From IMG/VR virus record IMGVR_UViG_3300025889_000609, positions 1 to 30,702 of that record: a stretch of 30,702 nucleotides of DNA; one strand, given 5' to 3'. The notes below the pieces were generated by a model. It did not search any database. It saw nothing but the letters and a program-made list of their open reading frames with translations, and was not told where the DNA came from. This document shows positions 1 to 8,485 of the stretch, piece after piece (position 1 is the stretch's first letter; every line of letters starts with the position of its first letter). The position numbers and the translations under genes are program-made. Source of the DNA: a virus. Its lineage: Duplodnaviria > Caudoviricetes.

Positions 1-2
1 CC

Positions 3-1688
3 GCTAATAATAATCTAGTCACCGTTGCAGCCGCATTCACAAAGGCCAATACAGCCTGTACCCAATCAGATACAGCCGGAACTAATGCTAATACAGGCAT
101 CACAAATGCAGCAACAGCACAAGCATTAGGTGTCTCAGCATTCGATAAAGCAAATACTGCCTCATTAGAAGCAGGCGGTGCTCATGGTACTGCCAATGCA
201 GCCTCAGTTCAAGCATCTCTAGCTAGAGGTGCAGCCAATACCAATGCATCAGACATTACAGCAACAGAGGCTGAAACTGTCCTAGCTCGAAATCAAGCCA
301 ATACTGGCGTAACAGATGCGGCAACAGCATTAGCAAGTTCCGGCGCAGCATTCGATAAGGCTAATGCTGCTAATCTTCTTGCCTTTACATCAAACGTCAC
401 AAGTCTAGCATTAGGTGCAGCCGCATTTGATACTGCCAATAGTGCTACATCGGAGGCAGCATTGGCTAGAGGTGCTGCAAATACCAATGCTTCTGCTATT
501 ACGGCAACAGAGGCCGAAACTGTCCTGGCTCGAAATCAAGCGAATACTGGTGTAACAAATGCGGCAACAGCACAGACTGCGGCCGATCAAGCCAAGGGTA
601 TTGCCAACACCGCTAATCTGACTGCTAACAACAATCTAGTCACTGTTGCATCAGCATTTACAAAGGCCAATACAGCCTGTACCCAATCAGATCAGGCTGG
701 AACCAATGCTAATACAGCACAAGCACTAGGAGTCTCAGCATTCGGTAAAGCCAATACTGCATCCCTAGAAGCAGGTGGCGCACACTCGACGGCAAACTCA
801 GCAACCATTACTGCTGGTGCAGCCTTTGATGCGGCTAATTCGGTTTCACCTATTGATACGACTGCTAGAACATGGGCAAACACTGCCAATCTGACTGCTA
901 ATAATAATCTTATTACTGTTGGTTCTGCATTTGATACTGCCAATAGTGCTGCTAGTGAAGCGGCTATAGCGAGAGGTGCAGCAAATACTAATGCTTCTGA
1001 CATTACTGCTACCGAAGCAGAGACAGTTCTAGCACGAAATCAAGCAAATACTGGTGTTGCTGATGCAGCAACAGCATTGTCCGCAGCGGGTAGTGCTCAT
1101 GGTACAGCCAACATAGCATATTCAACTGCTGGTGCAGCATTTGATGTTGCTAATACTGGTGATGCCACAGCAATCGCAACAGCATACTCAGCCGCGAATA
1201 CTGCATCAAACAGAGCCAATACCGCATACGGTGCATCTAATACAGTTCTTGTAACGACACAATCTGCATATGGTGTGGCTAATACGGCTCTACAAAACAC
1301 AACAGGAACATTTGCAGGAACACTTAGCGTTACTGAGAGTGTGTATATCGAGGCCGCACTAACTGCTCAGACGAAATCATTCTTGATTACTCACCCTGAT
1401 AATCCTAACATGTCTCTGAGATATGGTTCTCTAGAAGGTCCTGAGAATGGTGTATATATCCGTGGTAAAAATCGAGGTACAACCATTCGATTGCCTGATT
1501 ACTGGACAAATCTTGTTGATAGTAGTACCATAACTGTTCAATTGACAGCAACCAGTCCTGATCAAATGCTATATGTCTCATATACGAGCGGTCCGTTCAT
1601 CAATATTGATGGTGATAATGGAGAAGATTACTTCTTCATTGTCTTTGCTGAAAGAAAAGATGTACCAAAACTTGTGGTGGAATTCTAA
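3..1688 (+). CDS. Long tail fibre-like protein, 5'-truncated (Ala/Asn/Thr 14-residue repeat stalk plus conserved C-terminal domain)
   Basis: The frame of ORF 462..1688 is open back to position 3 (ANNNLVTVAAAFTKANTAC...), so the gene starts upstream of the window. It has repeats AxxxAxxAFxxAN(T/S). The C-terminal KSFLITHP..LRYGSLEGPENGVYIRG..LPDYW..TITVQLT domain is typical of T4-like environmental phage fibre tips. Confidence 0.8.
   Translation, partial: ANNNLVTVAAAFTKANTACTQSDTAGTNANTGITNAATAQALGVSAFDKANTASLEAGGAHGTANAASVQASLARGAANTNASDITATEAETVLARNQANTGVTDAATALASSGAAFDKANAANLLAFTSNVTSLALGAAAFDTANSATSEAALARGAANTNASAITATEAETVLARNQANTGVTNAATAQTAADQAKGIANTANLTANNNLVTVASAFTKANTACTQSDQAGTNANTAQALGVSAFGKANTASLEAGGAHSTANSATITAGAAFDAANSVSPIDTTARTWANTANLTANNNLITVGSAFDTANSAASEAAIARGAANTNASDITATEAETVLARNQANTGVADAATALSAAGSAHGTANIAYSTAGAAFDVANTGDATAIATAYSAANTASNRANTAYGASNTVLVTTQSAYGVANTALQNTTGTFAGTLSVTESVYIEAALTAQTKSFLITHPDNPNMSLRYGSLEGPENGVYIRGKNRGTTIRLPDYWTNLVDSSTITVQLTATSPDQMLYVSYTSGPFINIDGDNGEDYFFIVFAERKDVPKLVVEF
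664..715 (+). repeat. 52-nt exact direct repeat shared with 5397..5448 (different fibre gene)
   Basis: aggccaatacagcctgtacccaatcagatcaggctggaaccaatgctaatac is identical in both. Degenerate copies lie near 43 and 5113. Confidence 0.9.
855..913 (+). repeat. 59-nt near-exact repeat shared with 4434..4492
   Basis: 57/59 identical; both differences are synonymous GCT/GCC. Encodes DTTARTWANTANLTANNNL. Confidence 0.9.
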
Positions 1689-2368
1689 TGGGTATCCATT
1701 ATAATCCAAAGATTGTCACTGACGGATTAGTGATGTGTCTTGATGCAGCAAATCCTAAGAGTTATCCAGGTACAGGGACTACTTGGAGTGATTTGAGTGG
1801 TAATGGTAATAATGGGTCATTTAATAATGGGCCGACATATAGTGATAGTTCTATCCTTTTTGATGGGTCGGATGATTATGTTAATTTACCAGCGTCGGCA
1901 ACTTTAGGAAAATCAATATCTTATACAACTTCTGCTTGGATAAGATATGAAGATACAGGTTATACTAGTTGGATGATGGTGTGCGACTCTGTAAATTACG
2001 GAGTAGGTGGAGGATATATGATGTGGATAAGTAATGATTCTCCAGCAATAGGCAAATTACTATCTTCTTATGATGGGACTTGGCGATACGCTACAGTTAG
2101 AATTCCTCCAAATACCTGGACAAATATTTGCATATCTAAAAACAACAATCAAGTTTCTTTTTATACTAATGGCAAGTTTGACATAACAAGAACATATAAT
2201 TTTAATGGTAGTATAAGTTCCACTGCTGTTGATATTGGAGGAAGTCCGAGAAATTCTCCCTATCGGTTTAATGGAAACATCGCACAGGTATCCATATACA
2301 ACAGAGCACTAACCGCAGCAGAAATCCAACAAAACTTTAACTCGCTCAGAGGAAGGTATGGGCTATGA
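1688..2368 (+). CDS. LamG / concanavalin A-like lectin domain protein (putative receptor-binding module)
   Basis: IVTDGLV.CLDAAN.KSYPG.GTTW.DLSGNGNNG N-terminus, FDGSDDYV, and a FNGNIAQVSIYNRALTAAEIQQNFN C-terminus. TAATG overlap with the fibre gene. Confidence 0.85.
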   Translation: MGIHYNPKIVTDGLVMCLDAANPKSYPGTGTTWSDLSGNGNNGSFNNGPTYSDSSILFDGSDDYVNLPASATLGKSISYTTSAWIRYEDTGYTSWMMVCDSVNYGVGGGYMMWISNDSPAIGKLLSSYDGTWRYATVRIPPNTWTNICISKNNNQVSFYTNGKFDITRTYNFNGSISSTAVDIGGSPRNSPYRFNGNIAQVSIYNRALTAAEIQQNFNSLRGRYGL

Positions 2369-3048
2369 GTCTAGCACACAATCCTCGAATAGTAACTGAT
2401 GGTCTTGTTCTTGCTCTTGATGCAGCAAACACGAAGTCATATCCTGGTAGTGGTACAATTTGGTATGATTTGAGTGGTAATGGTAATAATGGCACATTAA
2501 CAAATGGACCAACATTTAGTAGCGATAATCTAGGTAGTATAGTTTTTGATGGAGTGAATGATTATATCAATGGTACACATAATGCTGCTTTAGATATAAC
2601 CGGAAATGTTACATTAGAATGCTGGTTTAAGGTGACAGGTCCTAAAACATATTATGTTAGAGTGTTTGGCAAAGGCGAGAGTGCAAACAGAACTTATAAT
2701 TTATGGTATCATCAATCAAATTCTATTTTTCTTTATCAAAGGTATGGTACTACAGATATAAATGTTGAATTGTCGGCACCAGTAAATCTAAATGTTTGGT
2801 ATCATATGGCAGGAACAAGCAATAATGGAACACATGTTTTATATATAAATGGTGTCTCTGTAGTATCATCGTCGGGTGGTACAACTTTTTATTCCAGCAC
2901 TGATCCGTATAGAGTTGGATATCATGGGGGTGTTCATACATACGACCATATTGGAAACATTTCCAATTGTAGAATCTACAACCGTGCATTATCAGCCACC
3001 GAAGTACTTCAAAATTATAATGCTCTCAGAGGAAGGTTCGGAATCTAA
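2365..3048 (+). CDS. LamG / concanavalin A-like lectin domain protein, paralogue of 1688..2368
   Basis: Same N- and C-terminal motifs (IVTDGLVLALDAAN, FDGVNDYI, WYHMAGT, IYNRALSATEV.QNYNALRGRFG). ATGA overlap. Confidence 0.85.
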   Translation: MSLAHNPRIVTDGLVLALDAANTKSYPGSGTIWYDLSGNGNNGTLTNGPTFSSDNLGSIVFDGVNDYINGTHNAALDITGNVTLECWFKVTGPKTYYVRVFGKGESANRTYNLWYHQSNSIFLYQRYGTTDINVELSAPVNLNVWYHMAGTSNNGTHVLYINGVSVVSSSGGTTFYSSTDPYRVGYHGGVHTYDHIGNISNCRIYNRALSATEVLQNYNALRGRFGI

Positions 3049-3923
3049 TGGGTGCGGCTGCTGGACCTAAAACACCATATACACTAATGAGAGACGGTAC
3101 TGCTGGATTCTTCTTAAATCCAAATGTGTTATCTTCGCTTTTTGCTGATACTGCTGGAACAACACCAGCTACAGTTGACGGTGAAGTAAAAAGAATGAAC
3201 GATTTAGGTCCATTAGGTCTTGCATTTGTAGCACCAACAGGCTCGCAAGTTTCAGGTGGAGTAACATATACTTTTCATGGGCCAACTCTAAGAAAAAGTA
3301 ATGAGACATATTATTTAGAATTTGATGGAGAAGGTGCAGGATTACAATTATTAGATGCTGCTGGAAATTGGCCACAAGCAACAACTTCAGGTGGAAATGC
3401 AATGACATTAATGGTTGCATTTGAAACAAACAGTACTCAGACTATAGGATTTGGTGGTACTTGGTTAGGTACACATTCAATAGGTAATTATACTGGAAAA
3501 TGGAACTTCGGTTTTAGGTTGTCTACCGAAAATCAACATTATTGTGTGGTAAGAAACGATGCTAATGATGGATGGATTAATATATTTGATGAAGGTACTA
3601 GATATTCAACTTTAAATTCAAGTCAATATTATGACATTCCACTGATATATTGTGCTGAAGGAAATATTGGTAATTTAGTTATAGGTGGTAAAGATTATAT
3701 TAGAAGAGATTTTCAAACAGAATTTTCAAATGTAGCCGTAACAGATACTGAAAATGATTTACCAGTAGATTTTTACAATAATTTCGCTATTGGGGCAAGA
3801 GCACCAAACAACGATAATTGGATAGCTGGAAAATTTTTTGGTGGTATAATGATAGCTAAATCATTGTCAGATTCTGAAAGAAATTCTTCATATGATTATT
3901 TATATTCAAACATAAATAAATAA
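3048..3923 (+). CDS. Divergent lectin/beta-sandwich virion protein
   Basis: LFADTAGTTPATVDGEVKRMND, YLEFDG, and an IGAR...GKFFGGIMIAKSLSDSER..YDYL C-terminus resemble LamG-like phage tail proteins. TAATG overlap. Confidence 0.55.
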   Translation: MGAAAGPKTPYTLMRDGTAGFFLNPNVLSSLFADTAGTTPATVDGEVKRMNDLGPLGLAFVAPTGSQVSGGVTYTFHGPTLRKSNETYYLEFDGEGAGLQLLDAAGNWPQATTSGGNAMTLMVAFETNSTQTIGFGGTWLGTHSIGNYTGKWNFGFRLSTENQHYCVVRNDANDGWINIFDEGTRYSTLNSSQYYDIPLIYCAEGNIGNLVIGGKDYIRRDFQTEFSNVAVTDTENDLPVDFYNNFAIGARAPNNDNWIAGKFFGGIMIAKSLSDSERNSSYDYLYSNINK

Positions 3924-3944
3924 TAAACTAATCAGAGATAGTAA

Positions 3945-4919
3945 ATGGCACACTCAGAAAAAAATATCGTAATTACACCAAATATTGGTGCTAATGATGA
4001 TCCTAAGATTGTATTTACTGGTGCTGATGCGTCTACAAACGCACAGAATATCTCTGTATATGTATACCCAACTTCTAATGGAACTCTATCGTTTGAAGGT
4101 TCTTTTGGGCAGCTATTCTCTATCACAAACGATTTAACTGGAACTATCTTTTCAGTTAATGATATTTCTGGTATGCCTTCTATTGAAGTTTTCTCTAATG
4201 GTCGAATCGAACTAGCATCGATTTCTGGTAATGTATTTGCAGAAGGTGTTGAGGTTGTTTCGGAGATATCATTGGCTCATGCACAAGCCAATACTGGTGT
4301 AACAGATGCGGCAACGGCACAAGCACTAGGTCAAGCGGCATTTGGACAAGCCAATACTGCAACAAGTGATGCTGCTGGAGCATTATCAACTGCCGGTGCT
4401 GCCTTTGATGCAGCCAACACTTCTGGCGGTGCAGATACGACTGCCAGAACATGGGCAAACACTGCCAATCTGACTGCCAATAATAATCTTATCACAGTAG
4501 CATCAGCATATGGTGTCGCAAATAATGGTGTTTCTGATGCGGCTACCGCTCTTAGTGCTGCTGGTTCAGCACATGGAACTGCTAATAGTGCGGCCTCGGA
4601 AGCATCATTGGCTAGAGGATCAAGTAATACTAATGCTTCTGGCATTACCGCAACAGAGGCCGAAACTGTCCTTGCGAGAAATCAAGCGAATACTGGTGTT
4701 ACTAATGCAGCAACAGCACAAGCATTAGGTGTCTCAGCATTCGGTAAAGCAAATACTGCCTGCACGTCTGCCGATTCCGCTACAACAACCGCTGGAGCAG
4801 CATTTGAAAAGGCCAATTCAGCAACAATTACCGCAAGTGCGGCCTTTGATACAGCAAATTCTGCTGGTGGTGGTGGAACAGGAACTTCTATAGCCATGTC
4901 AATAATTTTTGGCTGGTAA
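3945..4919 (+). CDS. Fibre-like virion protein with Ala/Asn/Thr repeat stalk
   Basis: N-terminal KNIVITPN..DPKIVF..GTLSFEGSFGQLFSITNDLTGTIFSVNDISGMPSIEV domain seen in T4-like fibre proteins. Its stalk modules are shared with gene 3..1688. It ends SIAMSIIFGW. Confidence 0.7.
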   Translation: MAHSEKNIVITPNIGANDDPKIVFTGADASTNAQNISVYVYPTSNGTLSFEGSFGQLFSITNDLTGTIFSVNDISGMPSIEVFSNGRIELASISGNVFAEGVEVVSEISLAHAQANTGVTDAATAQALGQAAFGQANTATSDAAGALSTAGAAFDAANTSGGADTTARTWANTANLTANNNLITVASAYGVANNGVSDAATALSAAGSAHGTANSAASEASLARGSSNTNASGITATEAETVLARNQANTGVTNAATAQALGVSAFGKANTACTSADSATTTAGAAFEKANSATITASAAFDTANSAGGGGTGTSIAMSIIFGW

Positions 4920-4934
4920 GTGCAATGCGGATAA

Positions 4935-4942
4935 TATAAATA
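4935..4942 (+). promoter_or_regulatory. T4-type late promoter TATAAATA
   Basis: Exact consensus, intergenic, about 30 nt upstream of ATG 4973, with an AAGGA RBS between. Confidence 0.75.
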
Positions 4943-4972
4943 TAACACAAGATTTAAGGAACTGGTAAAATA

Positions 4973-5533
4973 ATGGCATTTGCAAACGTATCATTTTCGG
5001 ACACCTATGCTACATGGTTAATGCGAACCAATCAATTGGTTGTCGCATATAACTCTTTAGAATCAGCCAATGCAGCTACCGCAGAAGCATCAGCCGGTGC
5101 TGCATTCGGAAAGGCCAATACGGCCTGTACCCAATCAGATCAAGCCGGCACTAATGCCAATAATGCATATGGACAAGGTAATACAGCATATACTCACGCC
5201 AATAATGCCTATAATAGCGCAAATGCCGCCGTAATTGCGACTAATGCAGAAGTTGTTATTGCAAGAGATAGAGCCAATACTGGAGTTTCGGATGCAGCAA
5301 CAGCCCTTAGTGCGGCTGGTAGCGCACATGGTACTGCCAATACTGGTGTTAATAATGCAGCAACAGCACAAGCACTGGGCGTTTCGGCCTTTGGACAGGC
5401 CAATACAGCCTGTACCCAATCAGATCAGGCTGGAACCAATGCTAATACCGCATATGGACAAGCCAATAATGCGTATAATCAAGCCAATACTGCCAAAAGT
5501 TTTGCCATAAGTATGTCAGTTCTTTTTGGTTAG
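4973..5533 (+). CDS. Short fibre-like protein with Ala/Asn/Thr repeat stalk
   Basis: N-terminal NVSFSDTYATWLMRTNQL anchor-like motif, repeats shared with the other fibres, and C-terminal FAISMSVLFG. Confidence 0.7.
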   Translation: MAFANVSFSDTYATWLMRTNQLVVAYNSLESANAATAEASAGAAFGKANTACTQSDQAGTNANNAYGQGNTAYTHANNAYNSANAAVIATNAEVVIARDRANTGVSDAATALSAAGSAHGTANTGVNNAATAQALGVSAFGQANTACTQSDQAGTNANTAYGQANNAYNQANTAKSFAISMSVLFG

Positions 5534-5544
5534 AGAAAATGTAT

Positions 5545-5552
5545 TATAAATA
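5545..5552 (+). promoter_or_regulatory. T4-type late promoter TATAAATA
   Basis: Exact consensus, intergenic, upstream of the GAGGA RBS and ATG 5577. Confidence 0.75.
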
Positions 5553-5576
5553 AAATCATAGAATAGAGGAAGAGAA

Positions 5577-5936
5577 ATGGCAGCACCAAATATTGTAAAT
5601 GTGGCAACAATTAAAGGAAATACTGCGGTATTGGCCGTTACGACATCGCCCGCTAATATTGTATCCAATATAGCATCAAGCGGTAAGGTATATAAAATCA
5701 ATACACTGATTGTCGCAAACGTAGATGGAACTAATGCCGCGGATATAACAGGTTCGCTATATAGAGATGGTACCGAATGGAATTTTTCTAGTACAATTTC
5801 GGTGCCTGCGGATTCCGCAATAGTATTGATCGACAAAAGTTCGGCATTATATCTAGAAGAAGGTGATGCAATTCGACTAACAGCATCAGCGGATGATGAT
5901 CTCGAAGCAATTTGTTCTTATGAGGAGATTAGTTAA
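5577..5936 (+). CDS. Conserved small phage virion protein (fibre adaptor-like, beta-rich)
   Basis: MAAPNIVNVATIKG..KVYKINTLIVANVDGTNAADIT..YLEEGD..CSYEEIS is a widespread phage family that follows genes ending in an IAMxIxFG motif. Confidence 0.65.
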   Translation: MAAPNIVNVATIKGNTAVLAVTTSPANIVSNIASSGKVYKINTLIVANVDGTNAADITGSLYRDGTEWNFSSTISVPADSAIVLIDKSSALYLEEGDAIRLTASADDDLEAICSYEEIS

Positions 5937-6901
5937 TGTCACTTCCATATTGGAGTAACGGTGGAATAATAGGTCCAAACAATATACCCAGTCCTATTGT
6001 TGCGAGTGGTATGTGGAGATTTGCTACTATCTCGAATGCAGTCGCAAGCGATACATGGCCAAAGTATTATAATCCAACAATACCGACAGTTATTGATGAA
6101 ATGATTGCAAACTGGAGTGCAAATTCTTATGCATACAGAAACAATTTATGGAGCAAAAGTTCGGTAGCGGCTGGTCGAGAATCTTCTGCATCGGCAGCAG
6201 TGACAAGCACGTTGGGTGCCACATATTACACATCAACAAGCGTATCAGGAACTTTGGGCTTTTCAACACAAAATAACTATGATGCTGGTATGCGAGAAGG
6301 AAGACAAACAGATTGGTGCACCATATTCGCAAGAAATACTGGCCAATCTGCGGGAAATATTTCTTGTGAAGTGAATGGTGGTGCCGTAGCATCAGCAAAT
6401 TTGCTTATCTCAACAATCATGACTGCAGGTAGTACCGGTTCACCGATGGTAACTAGATATGAACTATATCAAACCAATAATAGTTTGGATTCAATATCAA
6501 CAATCTATACTGTAAATACTAAGATAAATGATAATTCGGATAATGCTCAAGATTTCTTTGTTCTTCCTGGAAGATGGAATGTAGGACAAGTTCAAACACA
6601 AGATTGGAATGCCTCGGCCGCGGCTACGCTCACTACAACATGTGCTGTGGATGATATCGTAATCGCATTTATGGCCGATGATAGTACAACAGCAACTTGG
6701 GGAACACAAGGAGGTACAGGCACATTTTCACTTCTTTTCGACAGAAATACTTATCAGAATAGCTGTTCATCACACTATAAAGTATATGTATGTACCGGTG
6801 CAGGAACATTTACCCATACCACAGCACTAGATTCTTTTTCAGTAGATACAGCATACTATAGACCAAAACAACTTATTAGACTGGAGGCAGTGAGTATCTA
6901 A
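5936..6901 (+). CDS. Putative fibre-tip / receptor-binding protein
   Basis: N-terminal NGGIIGPNN..ASGMW..TWP motif common in phage tail-associated proteins, followed by a Thr/Ser-rich beta region. TAATG coupling. Confidence 0.5.
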   Translation: MSLPYWSNGGIIGPNNIPSPIVASGMWRFATISNAVASDTWPKYYNPTIPTVIDEMIANWSANSYAYRNNLWSKSSVAAGRESSASAAVTSTLGATYYTSTSVSGTLGFSTQNNYDAGMREGRQTDWCTIFARNTGQSAGNISCEVNGGAVASANLLISTIMTAGSTGSPMVTRYELYQTNNSLDSISTIYTVNTKINDNSDNAQDFFVLPGRWNVGQVQTQDWNASAAATLTTTCAVDDIVIAFMADDSTTATWGTQGGTGTFSLLFDRNTYQNSCSSHYKVYVCTGAGTFTHTTALDSFSVDTAYYRPKQLIRLEAVSI

Positions 6902-7512
6902 TGGCATTATATACAAAGGATGGAAATTTCCCCCAACCTATACCACTCAGAATAATTCTTTCAAATGGTAGAACAAGAACTGATCCAAGCACATTTACCG
7001 CCGAAGAAATTGCTGATGCGGGATTTGTTGAAGTGGCTGATGAACCAGTTTATGATCCTTTAACACAAAAATTGGAATGGAATAATCAAACATTAAATTG
7101 GTCTATTATCAATAAAACACAATCAGAATTAACAACGGACCTTCGTCAACAAAAAGATAAAGCAAAGGAAGAAATTCTTGCAGCAAGAAGTATAAAACTT
7201 AAATTACCATTTTATGCTAATGATGTAGGTGGTCTGGTTTCTAGGGATACCGAAGATATGGTTTTCACATTAACCAATATCATAACATCTATGCTTGCGA
7301 CACGCGAGGGATCACCAATAAATGTACCCATTATTGATGTAAATGATAGGGTCGTTCTCTTGAATGATCAGGCTATTACGAATGTGACGACACAACTCTT
7401 CCAGGCTAATCGGTCAGATTTTTTTGAATATAGAGACGTTATATCCAATCTAAGGAATGCAAATACTGCCGTTGAGATTTCTAATATTGTATCAAATTAC
7501 ATTACGGGGTGA
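6901..7512 (+). CDS. Tail fibre assembly chaperone-like protein
   Basis: PLRIILSNGRTRTDPSTFTAEEIADAGF..P.YDPLTQKLEW motif typical of phage fibre assembly proteins, and position after a fibre-tip gene. Confidence 0.55.
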   Translation: MALYTKDGNFPQPIPLRIILSNGRTRTDPSTFTAEEIADAGFVEVADEPVYDPLTQKLEWNNQTLNWSIINKTQSELTTDLRQQKDKAKEEILAARSIKLKLPFYANDVGGLVSRDTEDMVFTLTNIITSMLATREGSPINVPIIDVNDRVVLLNDQAITNVTTQLFQANRSDFFEYRDVISNLRNANTAVEISNIVSNYITG

Positions 7513-7518
7513 TAAAAA

Positions 7519-7965
7519 ATGGAAAATGCGCGAGTTGCTTTAGAGAGTGATGGACAATTTAGATATGAATTGGCTGATTTTGAAATTTTGGATGATGTAT
7601 TTCATAGCATTCAATTCACGATCAATAAATATCCATGCGGCCCAAGAGGCGAAAAAATTACTGATAAACTTTGGTCATCAGTAACACATCAAATCAGATC
7701 CTGTGAAATAACAGATAATGGTTGGATATATGAAGATGGTGAGAGATTTAATGATCCTCTTATAAAACAAGTAATACAAAAAGCCATTGATCAATATTGG
7801 ACGGAAGATATAATTGAAGAAGTGAAACTTGAAATTGAACGGCAATATGTCGAAAAATATATGCAGTTCAATGCTGGTGAAGGCGCAGTTTCACTTGAGG
7901 AAATCAACTCAATATTGGAAAATATGGGATTGGATGATGAAATTACAGAAGATACCGCCAAATAA
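7519..7965 (+). CDS. Hypothetical acidic protein (possibly fibre-associated)
   Basis: Clean 148-aa ORF in an operon context; no confidently recognised motif. Confidence 0.55.
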   Translation: MENARVALESDGQFRYELADFEILDDVFHSIQFTINKYPCGPRGEKITDKLWSSVTHQIRSCEITDNGWIYEDGERFNDPLIKQVIQKAIDQYWTEDIIEEVKLEIERQYVEKYMQFNAGEGAVSLEEINSILENMGLDDEITEDTAK

Positions 7966-8485
7966 GGAAGTAGTTCGATTTATTGAATATTACATTCGAC
8001 AATCCGCAGAACTTTTACTAACTCTTAAATCGGGCAAAACAACCGAAAACGATTTTAACAATCAGTCTTTTCCAGATCATGATATTCAATCTGGATATTT
8101 TCTCAATAATGTTCCTGTGGTTCAACTTAAGGTATTCAACAAGAAACTTTTTCTTGAGAATTCCGCCAAAATGTTGAAAATAGATAATGATACTTTCAAA
8201 AAACATTTCATAGATTCTAGCACGAATAATCTGGTATATAATCCTATGTCCTGCATGGGGTGGCATACCAATTCGAATCATGTCGGCCTAAGAACTTACT
8301 ATACTTATACTAAGGGCAAAGCAATTTTTCGTTATATTGACGAAAACGGAAAGATCCAAGACGACTATGACGATCCTGGAAAATGGGTTGTTCGACAATT
8401 TCAAATAGATGATAAGGATAAACTTTGGCATACAATTTGGACAGAAAAATTAAGATTCTCTTTTGGATTTGTGTTTGATGATTAA
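7934..8485 (+). CDS. 2OG-Fe(II) oxygenase-like protein
   Basis: MGWHTNS (HxN variant of HxD), distal LWHT and terminal RFSFGF fit a double-stranded beta-helix fold. Start moved from 7829 to the in-frame ATG at 7934/7937. Confidence 0.6.
   Translation: MMKLQKIPPNKEVVRFIEYYIRQSAELLLTLKSGKTTENDFNNQSFPDHDIQSGYFLNNVPVVQLKVFNKKLFLENSAKMLKIDNDTFKKHFIDSSTNNLVYNPMSCMGWHTNSNHVGLRTYYTYTKGKAIFRYIDENGKIQDDYDDPGKWVVRQFQIDDKDKLWHTIWTEKLRFSFGFVFDD

Noticed and set aside
293-5419. Minus-strand Ala/Val/Leu-rich ORFs over the fibre genes
   Set aside because: These are antisense shadows of GCN-rich repeats, with no RBS or independent motifs.
3-5500. Diversity-generating retroelement (template/variable repeat pairs) or CRISPR array
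   Set aside because: The repeat differences I checked are synonymous and not adenine-specific. There is no reverse transcriptase in the window, and the repeats are in-frame coding modules with no spacer structure.
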